Origin: an uncultured SAR86 cluster bacterium
Lineage (GTDB): Bacteria > Pseudomonadota > Gammaproteobacteria > Magnimaribacterales > AG-339-G14
Reading direction: 5' to 3'
Assembly: GCA_902542145.1 (NCBI GenBank)
Contig: CACBTL010000001.1
Location: 10,389-74,388, forward strand
Length of the DNA: 64,000 bases
Each line of letters opens with the position of its first letter. Within the stretch, counting starts at the first letter, position 1. The notes below the pieces were generated by a model. It had not been told where the DNA came from and searched no databases. It was given only the letters and a program-made list of their open reading frames with translations. The position numbers were made by a program, and so were the translations under genes. Below, in pieces: positions 42,697 through 52,290 of the stretch.

Positions 42697-43626
42697 CTAA
42701 AGATTATTTAAAATTGGTTTATAGGTCGATCCTTTTTCAAACTCATCCATTATTTTAGATATTTGTTTAATTGATTTGGACGCATCCTCAACGGTAAAGC
42801 CCTTTCCTTCAAGAATTGATTCATAACTCTTGGTATGCAAATCTTGGAATCCCCCCGTAAATTCAAATTCATCTCCATTTATGGTGAAAGATCGATACAA
42901 AACTTCCTCTTGTCCCATTTCTTTAAGTTTTTCTTTAGATAAAACATTAATCATTATTAAAACTTTCGCATTTTCGTGTTCGATAAGAACGTTAGCTTGA
43001 TTGAGAGATAACTTGTTGACATTGAAATTTGAAACTTGGCCAAAAATATCAATCAAAATATCCAAATAGTGAATACCAAATTCGAAAAGAATCCCTCCTG
43101 ATTTATTTTCACTCCCTCTCCAGGAAGAAAAAAACTCTGAACCTCTTGTTGTAGCATATATCAGGATGACCTCATGTTTTTCTTCTGACTTTTGTGAAGT
43201 TATATTTTGTTTCAATTGAATTATTGACTCATGAAATCTTAATTGCATGATTGTAAAAACCTTTGCAGCAGAAACGGATTCAGATTTTCTAATCCTGCCT
43301 AAGTCTGAAACAGATAAAGCGAGGGGCTTTTCACAAATCACATTGATATCATTTTCTAAGCAAGTAATTATTTGATCAGTGTGTAAGTGATTTGGTGTAC
43401 AGATAGAAATATAGTCTAAGTTATCTTTCTGATGGAATTTGATCATTTCCTCAAGACTATCAAGGGTTTCTATGTTCTTAGAAAGGAATTCTTTTTTTTG
43501 GGCTGAGTTAAAATCCAAATCACTGACGCACCTTAAATCTGCGTTAATATTATTGATTGCTTGAATATGGCGAGGAGCTATGTACCCTAGTGCTCCCAAT
43601 AATCCAAATTTGAGCTTATTAACCAT
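42697..43626 (-). CDS. Gfo/Idh/MocA-family NAD(P)-dependent oxidoreductase
   Basis: 309 aa with an N-terminal Rossmann segment (KFGLLGALGYIAPRHIQAI) and the EKPL motif (VICEKPLA). Substrate unknown. Confidence 0.75.
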   Translation of the reverse strand: MVNKLKFGLLGALGYIAPRHIQAINNINADLRCVSDLDFNSAQKKEFLSKNIETLDSLEEMIKFHQKDNLDYISICTPNHLHTDQIITCLENDINVICEKPLALSVSDLGRIRKSESVSAAKVFTIMQLRFHESIIQLKQNITSQKSEEKHEVILIYATTRGSEFFSSWRGSENKSGGILFEFGIHYLDILIDIFGQVSNFNVNKLSLNQANVLIEHENAKVLIMINVLSKEKLKEMGQEEVLYRSFTINGDEFEFTGGFQDLHTKSYESILEGKGFTVEDASKSIKQISKIMDEFEKGSTYKPILNNL

Positions 43627-43662
43627 TGAAAAAGTATACTTGAGTAACTCATTGAGACATAA

Positions 43663-45525
43663 ATGTTTAAAGGAATTGTAAAACTTTCAAAAAATGGCAA
43701 AGGATCTTTATTAGTGTCTGAAGATCTATCATTTAAACTTTCAAGAAAGGAATTATTTAAAGTATTTCCGGGTGATAAGGTTGAATGTTCAGTTCAGCAA
43801 GATAAAGCAACCATTCAAAAAATAATACAGAGGAACACAAGCGAAGTCATAGGTAAATTAAAAAAAACTAACAAAGGATGGATTGCAGAATCTGTTAACA
43901 ATGAGTTTCATCTAGAAATAGTTATAAAAAAGAATACTTCTAAAAAACTCAAAAATGGTGACTTTTGTAAAATAAAAATAAAAAAACAACCAAGCTTAAA
44001 ACACAGGCCTGAAGGTTACATAGTTGAACAACTTATATTTTCAAATATTTTTGAAGAAGCAGACGAGATCGCTTTGCAAACAAATCTTAATATAAAGAGA
44101 ACTTTTCCAAAAATAATATTGCCAGAAATAAATAGGATTTTGAGAGAACATAATTCTGGAAATTTTTCTTCAAAATATAAAGATTTAACTGATAAAAATT
44201 TTTTTACCATTGATGGTAAAAATGCAAAAGATTTTGATGACGCAATTTGCTGCGAACAAACTTCAAATGGATACAAATTGTTAGTAGCAATTGCTGATGT
44301 CTCTGCTTTTGTTTCGGAAGGATCTTCCTTGGATAAAGTGGCTGCAGAAAGAGCAACATCAATTTATTTGAATTCAAAAGTTATTCCAATGCTACCAAAA
44401 GAATTATCAAACGATATTTGCTCTCTTCGCCCTCTTGAAAAAAGGTTAACGCTGGTCTGTGAAATGATTCTTGATAAAGATTGTTCTCTTAAAACTTTCA
44501 AATTTTCTTCAGCAATTATCGAATCGAAGAAAAGGTTTACTTATGACGAACTTTCAAATCTTGAGAAAGATAACATAGATAGACATCCAGAATTTTCAAA
44601 TGATTTAAAGAAATTGTTAGAAATATGCAAAAAAAGAATTGAAAAAAGGAAGCAAAGACTCGCAATAGATTTTGAAATGAGTGAGTACCGACCAGAAGTT
44701 AAGAAAGGAAAACTAAAAGCTTTTGTTCCGGTAACAAGATATTTAAGTCACAAGGCCGTTGAGGAATGCATGATTTTGGCAAACATATCTGCTGCAAAAT
44801 TTCTAAAAGAAAATCAAATAAGCACTATTTTTAGATTTCATGACTTCCCGGACATGGATAAGATCATTTCATTACAAAAATTTCTTCAATCAAGAGGTTT
44901 ACCCATATCAGAAGATTTTAATCTCTCTAGAAAATCCATTTTCGATTGGGTTCAAAAAACCTCAAAGCATAAAATCAATGAAATCTTAACTCTTGAAATT
45001 CTAAAAAGCATGAAACTCGCAATTTACTCTTCTGAGAGGAGTGAACATTTCGCTTTGGGTTTAGATGAATATTTACACTTCACCTCACCCATCAGAAGAT
45101 ATCCGGATTTAGTGGTTCATAGATGTATAAAGCAAATTATTCATAACAAGAAATTTAAATCTTTATCAAAAAATGATTTAGCTGACATTGCAGAAAATTG
45201 CAGTTTTAGAGAAAGAGAGGCTGATCAAATCTCTAAGGAAGCAGATAAAGTTCTGAGATCGCGATGCGGACAAAATTATATAGGGAATAAATTTTCTGGA
45301 ATCATAACCGGAGTTACAGAATTTGGAGTATTTGTGAAGCTAGATCAAATTAACATCGAAGGGTTGTGTCACATAAGCTCATTCAAAAATAAATATTACA
45401 ATTTTAATTATGAGATGAAATCCTTAGTCAGTAGACAAGGCACGATAAGCATTGGAGATAAAATGAGTTGCATTATCGAATCGGTGCATCCTTATGAAGG
45501 TAAAATAAGTTTAATACCAGCATAA
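43663..45525 (+). CDS. rnr: RNB-family 3'-5' exoribonuclease, short RNase R-like
   Basis: 620 aa. Has an N-terminal cold-shock-like segment. RNB motifs are present (IDGKNAKDFDDAI, HFALGLDEYLHFTSPIRRYPDLVVHR). A C-terminal S1 domain is present. Followed by rlmB, as for rnr in E. coli. Confidence 0.82.
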   Translation: MFKGIVKLSKNGKGSLLVSEDLSFKLSRKELFKVFPGDKVECSVQQDKATIQKIIQRNTSEVIGKLKKTNKGWIAESVNNEFHLEIVIKKNTSKKLKNGDFCKIKIKKQPSLKHRPEGYIVEQLIFSNIFEEADEIALQTNLNIKRTFPKIILPEINRILREHNSGNFSSKYKDLTDKNFFTIDGKNAKDFDDAICCEQTSNGYKLLVAIADVSAFVSEGSSLDKVAAERATSIYLNSKVIPMLPKELSNDICSLRPLEKRLTLVCEMILDKDCSLKTFKFSSAIIESKKRFTYDELSNLEKDNIDRHPEFSNDLKKLLEICKKRIEKRKQRLAIDFEMSEYRPEVKKGKLKAFVPVTRYLSHKAVEECMILANISAAKFLKENQISTIFRFHDFPDMDKIISLQKFLQSRGLPISEDFNLSRKSIFDWVQKTSKHKINEILTLEILKSMKLAIYSSERSEHFALGLDEYLHFTSPIRRYPDLVVHRCIKQIIHNKKFKSLSKNDLADIAENCSFREREADQISKEADKVLRSRCGQNYIGNKFSGIITGVTEFGVFVKLDQINIEGLCHISSFKNKYYNFNYEMKSLVSRQGTISIGDKMSCIIESVHPYEGKISLIPA

Positions 45526-45527
45526 AA

Positions 45528-46238
45528 ATGTTCGAGACATCAGATTTAAATACGATCAAAACTTTACTTGCCAACAAACCTGAGTCAGTTAGGTTGTTGG
45601 AAGTAGATGACAATTTAATTTCAAAAAGAATTAAAGCTATAAAAAAGATCGCTTTAGAGAAGAAATTAAAAATTGAAATAAAAAAATTTAAAAATCCTAA
45701 TAAAAAGATCAATCTGATTTTCAAACCATCAGAACCAAAAAATATAGAGTACCTGGAAAAATTTTTAGAGACTAAAGAGGACGCCGTTATTCTTTTGCTC
45801 GATCACATAACTGATCCCAACAACCTTGGGTCAATCCTTCGCACAAGCTTGGGAGGAATGGTTGATGCGGTAGTAGTTCCAAAATCCAGGGCATGTCATT
45901 TAACTAAATCGGTAAGAGAAGTTTCAAAAGGATCAAGCGAACTTATCCCATTTGTGATTGTGCCAAACCTTAAGAGGATTACAGAGATGCTAAAGCTTAG
46001 AGGGTTTTTAATCTATGGAGCTGAAGGGAATTCACAGTCAGAATCTATTTACGATACTGATTTTTCCAAAAAATTAGGTTTAATAATAGGTTCAGAAAAT
46101 AGAGGTATTCAAGAAACTTTAAAATTAAAATGCGATAAAATAATCAAGATTCCAATAAGCGATAAATTGGAGAGTCTCAATGCAGCTATTGCAACTTCAG
46201 TAATTGTTTTTGAGATTAATAGACAAAGAACAAACTAG
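45528..46238 (+). CDS. rlmB: SpoU/TrmH-family 23S rRNA 2'-O-ribose methyltransferase
   Basis: 236 aa containing [26 protein letters not shown] and [10 protein letters not shown] (SPOUT motifs). Directly follows rnr. Confidence 0.85.
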   Translation: MFETSDLNTIKTLLANKPESVRLLEVDDNLISKRIKAIKKIALEKKLKIEIKKFKNPNKKINLIFKPSEPKNIEYLEKFLETKEDAVILLLDHITDPNNLGSILRTSLGGMVDAVVVPKSRACHLTKSVREVSKGSSELIPFVIVPNLKRITEMLKLRGFLIYGAEGNSQSESIYDTDFSKKLGLIIGSENRGIQETLKLKCDKIIKIPISDKLESLNAAIATSVIVFEINRQRTN

Positions 46239-46240
46239 AA

Positions 46241-47161
46241 ATGCTAGCTCAAAGAACTTTAACTAATCCCATCAAGGCAAGTGGCGTAGGCTTGCATTCA
46301 GGCAGAAAAATTACAATAAAACTTTTACCCGCACCTGAAAATACTGGAATTATTTTTCAGAGAGTTGACTGTGACCCAGTTGTTGAGATCCAAGCTTCCG
46401 TTGAAAACGTAGGAGCTACAGCGCTCGCAACAACACTGGTAAGTGAAGATATTGAAATCTCTACAGTTGAACATATGCTCTCTGCTTTTGCAGGTTTAGG
46501 CATCGATAATGCCTATGTCCAAATTAATGACATTGAAGTCCCTATTATGGATGGTTCAGCAAATCCTTTTGTTTTTTTGATTCAATCAGCTGGCATAAAG
46601 GAACAAAAAGAAGTTAAAAAATTTATAAAAATAAAAAAACCGGTATCTGTGGAAGCTAAGAATGGCGCGAGAGTATCACTTTCGCCCTATGATGGTTTCA
46701 AAGTAAGTTATGAACTTGATTATGATCATCCTGTTCACAAAAGACAGCCCAACAAGGCTACTATTGACTTCAATTCAACAACTTTTCTCAAAGAGATATC
46801 TCGCGCAAGAACTTTTGGCTTTATGAGTGAAGTTGATGCATTAAAAAAAGAAAACTTAGCTCTAGGAGCAAGTGAGAAAAATGCTATAGCAATTGGTGAG
46901 TATGAAATTCTTAATGAAGAAGGTTTGAGGTCAGAGGATGAGTTCGTCAAGCATAAAATTCTTGATGTCATTGGTGACTTATATTTACTAAAACACAATC
47001 TAATTGGATCTTTTGAAGGTTATAAATCTGGTCATTCTCATAATAACCAACTTTTAAGAAAACTTATCGATAATCCTGATACTTGGGAAATAATTACTGC
47101 AGAAGAAGGCAATCAGTTCATCAGATATATCGATCCAATCATTGACCCGAGTACAGGATAA
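46241..47161 (+). CDS. lpxC: UDP-3-O-acyl-N-acetylglucosamine deacetylase
   Basis: 306 aa containing [37 protein letters not shown] and [12 protein letters not shown] (zinc-binding and catalytic motifs). Confidence 0.96.
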   Translation: MLAQRTLTNPIKASGVGLHSGRKITIKLLPAPENTGIIFQRVDCDPVVEIQASVENVGATALATTLVSEDIEISTVEHMLSAFAGLGIDNAYVQINDIEVPIMDGSANPFVFLIQSAGIKEQKEVKKFIKIKKPVSVEAKNGARVSLSPYDGFKVSYELDYDHPVHKRQPNKATIDFNSTTFLKEISRARTFGFMSEVDALKKENLALGASEKNAIAIGEYEILNEEGLRSEDEFVKHKILDVIGDLYLLKHNLIGSFEGYKSGHSHNNQLLRKLIDNPDTWEIITAEEGNQFIRYIDPIIDPSTG

Positions 47162-47164
47162 GAA

Positions 47165-49780
47165 ATGTTTGGCTTTTTATTTGGCTCAAAACATAAAAGA
47201 GTCATTAACCGTATTTCCAAAACTGTTGATCAAATTAATTCTTTGGAGTCCTCTTTTGAGCAATTAAATGCTGATGATTTGCTGGCAAAATCTAATGAAC
47301 TGAAAGATCAAGTTCGTTCGGGGGAAGCCTTGGAAAAAGTACTTCCCCAAGCATTTGCACTAGTCAGAGAATCGAGTAAAAGAAATTTGGGTCTGAGACA
47401 TTATGACTGCCAACTCGTTGGAGGAGTTATCCTTAATGAAGGGAAGATCGCTGAGATGGCTACCGGTGAGGGAAAAACCCTCGTGGCTACTCTACCCTGT
47501 TACTTAAATGCTTTGACCGGAAAAGGTGTTTACGTAATTACTGTTAACGAGTATCTAGCTGAAAGGGATGCAAATTGGATGAGGCCCCTATTCGAAGGTC
47601 TTGGATTGACAGTCAGTCATGTTGTTCCCAATCAAAGTTTTGAAGAGAAAAAAAATGCCTATCAGGCAGATGTTGTTTACATCACGAACAACGAAGCTGG
47701 TTTTGACTATCTGAGGGATAACATGGCAATGGACAAAGCCCATAAAATGCAAAAAGACCTTTTTTTTGCTGTGGTTGATGAGGTAGATTCAATCCTGATT
47801 GATGAGGCTAGAACTCCTTTAGTCATAAGCGGTGTCGCCGAAGATAATTCTGAAATATATAAAAAGATAGGCCAGATAATTCCTCGCCTTAAGCAAGAAG
47901 AATTTGATTTGGAAACAGGAGATGTTTTTACAGAAGGAGATTTTCAGATTGATGAAAAAGTAAGATCTGCTGAACTTACCGAGAAAGGTCATGAAAACGT
48001 TGAACGTCTTCTTGTACACAACGGACTTCTTAAAGAGGATGACTCGCTCTATGCGAGTGAAAATCTAAAATTATTAAACATGGTTCAGTCTTCCCTAAGA
48101 GCCTTTAATCTATTTGAAAAAAACACAGATTATCTTGTGCAAAATGGTCAAGTAGTATTGATTGATACAAACACTGGAAGAGCTTTACCAGGTAGACGAT
48201 TATCAGACGGAGTTCATCAAGCACTAGAGCTTAAGGAAAATGTAAATATCCAAGTCGAAAGTCAGACTTTGGCATCAACCACTTTTCAAAACTTTTTTAG
48301 ACTCTTCGATAAATTATCTGGCATGACCGGGACTGCTGAAACTGAGGCTCAAGAGTTTGAGGAAATTTACTCTTTAGAGACCATTGTCATACCAACGAAC
48401 CTGCCCATGATCAGAGACGATAAGGATGACAAAATTTATTTAACCCTTGAGGAGAAGTACGACGCTCTTGTTGAGGAAATAGAGACAATTAACTCGACCG
48501 GCGCGCCAATTTTGGTTGGGACAATTTCCGTAGAAACTTCTGAATTAATATCCAGCAAACTAAAACAAAGAAAAATTGAACATAATGTTTTAAATGCAAA
48601 ACAACATGAAAGAGAGGCTGAAATAATATCTCAGGCAGGAGCTCAGAATGCTGTAACCATAGCGACAAATATGGCAGGAAGAGGAACAGATATCGTCTTA
48701 GGAGGTAATGAAAAGGACGCTTCTTTCAAAGAAAAAGTTTTATCGCTTGGAGGTCTACATGTGATTGGAACTGAAAGACACGAATCAAGGAGAGTTGATA
48801 ATCAGCTTAGAGGAAGATCTGGAAGACAAGGAGATCCCGGTTCCTCACAATTTTTTCTGTCTTTAGAAGATAGCTTGATGAAGATTTTTGCACCGGAAAG
48901 AGTTAAAAATCTTATGCAATCAATTGGAGGTATGAAGAAGGGAGAATCCATAGAACATAGAATGCTCACTGGAGCAATCGAGAGAGCTCAAAGAAGAGTT
49001 GAGGGAAGAAATTTTGATCTGAGAAAAAGAATCCTTGAATTTGACGATGTCCTTAATGAACAAAGACAAGTTATATATTCTCAAAGAGAAGAAATTCTTC
49101 AAGAAGATGACTTAACAGAATTAATTGATTCAATGCGATTCAATGAAATATCAGATTTAGTTTATTCGTTTCTGCCGCCTTCTAGCGTAGAAAGTCAGTG
49201 GCAAACAGATAAGTTAAAGAATTCCCTATCTTCTGATTTCGCTTTTGAATTTGATCCAGTTCAATTCTTAGATGATGAAAAGAATAATCAAGATAACTTA
49301 ATCGATGAAATTGTAAGTCAGCTTAAAAATAAATATCTTGAAAAAAGAATTGAATACAGCGAAGTTCTTCCTGGCCTAGAGAAACAAATTGTTTTACAAG
49401 TCATAGATATATCTTGGAAAAACCATATCAATGCTCTTGAATACTTAAGACAAAATATAGGCTTTAGAAGTTATGCAGGAAAGGATCCCAGACTTGAATA
49501 TAAAAGAGAAGCTTTTGAAATGTTCGAGGGTCTTCTCACGAACATCAATGCAGAAGCCATAAAGTTTTTATCCAAAATTCAAATCAATAAAGAAGAGCAA
49601 CCAACTCAGGAAAGTTCTGTTATAAAAAATACGATAAGTCATAAAGAAGAGATTCAATCCGCTTTTGATTCGCCTCAAGAACAAGTCAATAAAAATAAAT
49701 CTGAACCAAATGAAGAACTTTCAGGAAATAGAAGAATGAGAAGACTTCAAGCTAAAGCCAAAAGGAAAAAAAGAAAATAG
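47165..49780 (+). CDS. secA: Preprotein translocase ATPase SecA (no C-terminal zinc finger)
   Basis: 871 aa containing [35 protein letters not shown]-type motif and [10 protein letters not shown]. Confidence 0.97.
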   Translation: [871 protein letters not shown]

Positions 49781-49783
49781 ATT

Positions 49784-50941
49784 ATGAAAGAAGTTAAAAT
49801 TGGCTGTTCTTCGAGTTATCAAAAATATGGCAAAAGGCTGGATACCGCAATAATTCAATTGCCTAGCAACAGCAATATCTCTGGGTTATTTACTTCAAAT
49901 AAATTTCCTGCAGCGCCGGTAAAGGTTGCAAAAAAGAATTTAACAAACCTTGATAAAAAAAAGAAAACTGCATTATTTATAAATGCAGGAAACGCAAATG
50001 CTGCAACTGGATCAGAAGGTTTAAAGGACATAAATAAAATGTTTGCTAATTATAAAGATGTAAACGTTCTGCCCTTTTCAACCGGAGTGATTGGAGAAAG
50101 ACTTGATCTACAGAGGTATGGAAAATCCTTTTTTAATGCTTATAAAAATCTTGGTAGAAGTAGTTGGAAAAATTTTGCTAGTTCAATTATGACGACAGAT
50201 AAGAAAGAAAAAATAGTTAAAAAGAGTATCAATATAAAAGGCAAGACTATAAATTTCATTGGCATCGCTAAAGGTTCAGCAATGATTGAACCTAACATGG
50301 CAACAATGTTGTCCTTTGTATTTACTGATTTAAAGATAAGCAAATTAAAATTAGACAAAATCCATAAATTAGCCTGCGAAGGTTCTTTTAATTCAATAAC
50401 TATTGATGGGGATCAATCAACAAATGACTCTTCTTTGCTTATCGCTACAGGATCATCACTAATTTCGCTGTCTAAAGCCAATGAAAAAAAGATCGTAGAA
50501 ACTATTCAAGATATTTTCTTCTCTTTAGCAGAAAAAATAGTACTCGATGCTGAAGGAGCAACAAAGCTAATTTCGATTACCGTTAAAGGACTCAAGACTG
50601 AAAACGATTGCAAAACGGTTGCTAAAAATATTGCTAACTCTCTTTTAGTAAAAACAGCTGCTTTTGGAGAAGACCCAAATTGGGGGAGAATTTTAATGGC
50701 AGTTGGCAATACCAATATTAGCTTTGACGAGAAGAAATTTAATCTAAAGCTTGGAAAGCTCCAGGTATTTAGAAATAACAAACTTAGTCCAAGTTATTCA
50801 GAAAAATTAGGATTGAAAGAATTCAAAAAAAGAAAAATAGAAATAGTTATTAAGCTGGGTGATAGCAATAAGACAAGCAAAGTCCTTACGTCGGATTTAT
50901 CTAAAGATTATGTAAGCATGAATGCAGACTATAGATCCTGA
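49784..50941 (+). CDS. argJ: Bifunctional ornithine acetyltransferase / N-acetylglutamate synthase
   Basis: 385 aa containing KGSAMIEPNMATMLSF (autoproteolytic site motif) and GEDPNWGRI. Confidence 0.92.
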   Translation: MKEVKIGCSSSYQKYGKRLDTAIIQLPSNSNISGLFTSNKFPAAPVKVAKKNLTNLDKKKKTALFINAGNANAATGSEGLKDINKMFANYKDVNVLPFSTGVIGERLDLQRYGKSFFNAYKNLGRSSWKNFASSIMTTDKKEKIVKKSINIKGKTINFIGIAKGSAMIEPNMATMLSFVFTDLKISKLKLDKIHKLACEGSFNSITIDGDQSTNDSSLLIATGSSLISLSKANEKKIVETIQDIFFSLAEKIVLDAEGATKLISITVKGLKTENDCKTVAKNIANSLLVKTAAFGEDPNWGRILMAVGNTNISFDEKKFNLKLGKLQVFRNNKLSPSYSEKLGLKEFKKRKIEIVIKLGDSNKTSKVLTSDLSKDYVSMNADYRS

Positions 50942-51473
50942 TTATTTTTTTATTACTCCTGAAGTAATTCCTGAGAATTACCTAGAACTGTTGGAATCAA
51001 TTGAAATTAAAAAAGAATTGCTTTTGTTAAGATGTTTAGATAATTCAGAACTTAATAAGAATTTAAAAAAATTTTTATTACTAAAGAAAAAGTATCAAAC
51101 TAAACTTATTTTGAGCTCCAGACACCTAGACATCTCGGAACGATTTGATGGCATTCATTTCAATTCAGCGGATCTGATGAATTTATCGAACTTAGAAAGC
51201 TATCAAAATTGTTTAGGTGCGTCTTGTCACAATGAGGAAGAGATCAAGAAAGCAAACCAACTTAAGTTGGATTATATTTTTATTTCACCAGTCAAAAAAA
51301 CAAAAAGTCATGAGGATGCACCTTCTATAGGTTGGCAAAAATTTAAGGAATTAAGATCTCTGTCTGAAATTAAAACTTATGCTCTAGGCGGAATGAGAAT
51401 TTCAGACTTAAATGAGGCAAAAAAATATTCTGCAGATGGAATAGCAGGTATTTCTTCTTTTATGGGTCAATAG
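50922..51473 (+). CDS. ThiE/TenI-like (thiamine-phosphate synthase fold) domain protein
   Basis: 183 aa containing FDGIHFNSADL, GASCHNEEEI, DYIFISPV..TKSH, IGW and YALGG. This resembles the TenI-like domain fused to MutT in Pseudomonas-type genomes (from memory). No Nudix box is present. Confidence 0.65.
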   Translation: MQTIDPDYFFITPEVIPENYLELLESIEIKKELLLLRCLDNSELNKNLKKFLLLKKKYQTKLILSSRHLDISERFDGIHFNSADLMNLSNLESYQNCLGASCHNEEEIKKANQLKLDYIFISPVKKTKSHEDAPSIGWQKFKELRSLSEIKTYALGGMRISDLNEAKKYSADGIAGISSFMGQ

Positions 51474-51633
51474 AAAGATCATCTTCATCTATTATGGGCC
51501 GGGAAATCTTGTGTTTCTCAAAAAACCAATCGCCTAAGTCAATGGCCTGACATTTCTCACTGCAAAAAGGTCTGTGATTTGAATCTTTATTCACAGAGTA
51601 CATTTTTCTGCATCGAGGACATTTTTTTTTCAT
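51460..51633 (-). CDS. yacG: DNA gyrase inhibitor YacG (zinc finger)
   Basis: Below the ORF-track cut-off. Hand translation gives MKKKCPRCRKMYSVNKDSNHRPFCSEKCQAIDLGDWFFEKHKISRPIIDEDDLSIDP-stop (57 aa). CPxC...RPFCSxxCxxIDLGxW is the YacG signature. Its start forms an ATGA overlap with the coaE stop. Confidence 0.88.
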   Translation of the reverse strand: MKKKCPRCRKMYSVNKDSNHRPFCSEKCQAIDLGDWFFEKHKISRPIIDEDDLSIDP

Positions 51634-52226
51634 TTAAGAATTTCTCTTTCTAAATCTTGATGAATTTTTTTGACCTTCTCCTCTAATTCCTGCAAAGAAC
51701 CATCGTTTGAAATAATTATATCTGCAAGCTCATTCCTGCTATTTCTATCTATTTGGGAATCAATAATTGATTTAATCTGGCTGGCTTCAACATTATCCCT
51801 TTTTGTGGTTCTATCGATTTGATTGTCTTCGCTTGTGTCGACAACTATTGTTTTTGAACAAAGGTCTTTTTGATTTGTTTCAAACAACAAAGGAGATACT
51901 AAAATTGCATATTTTGAGGTCGCAGTTGCTAAATCGTTAATGAGTATTTGATGAATTAATGGATGAAGTAGATTTTCTAACCAGTCTTTTGCAGAACTCT
52001 CTTTAAATATAATTTCTCTGAGCTTTCTTCTGTCTAATTCTCCCTCAGAGGTAAGAATATTTGATCCAAATTTTTCAGCGATTTTTTTTAAAGCTGGTTG
52101 TCCTTTCATCACAGGTTGTCTAGAAGCTACATCTGCGTCAACAACTTTCACTCCTAAGCCCTCAAAGATTTCTGAGACGGATGATTTTCCTGATCCAATT
52201 CCTCCTGTTAAACCTACTACTATCAT
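51630..52226 (-). CDS. coaE: Dephospho-CoA kinase
   Basis: MIVVGLTGGIGSGKSSV P-loop. 198 aa. Followed by yacG, as in E. coli. Confidence 0.93.
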   Translation of the reverse strand: MIVVGLTGGIGSGKSSVSEIFEGLGVKVVDADVASRQPVMKGQPALKKIAEKFGSNILTSEGELDRRKLREIIFKESSAKDWLENLLHPLIHQILINDLATATSKYAILVSPLLFETNQKDLCSKTIVVDTSEDNQIDRTTKRDNVEASQIKSIIDSQIDRNSRNELADIIISNDGSLQELEEKVKKIHQDLEREILK

Positions 52227-52290
52227 TAAAATTATTTTTCTGGATAATGATTATATTCCATGAACGGATAAATTATTCAACTGGGGGAAT

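Noticed and set aside
43641-43651. Palindrome TGAGTAACTCA in the oxidoreductase/rnr divergent region, considered as an operator
   Set aside because: The arms are only 5 bp, it occurs once, and no cognate regulator is nearby.
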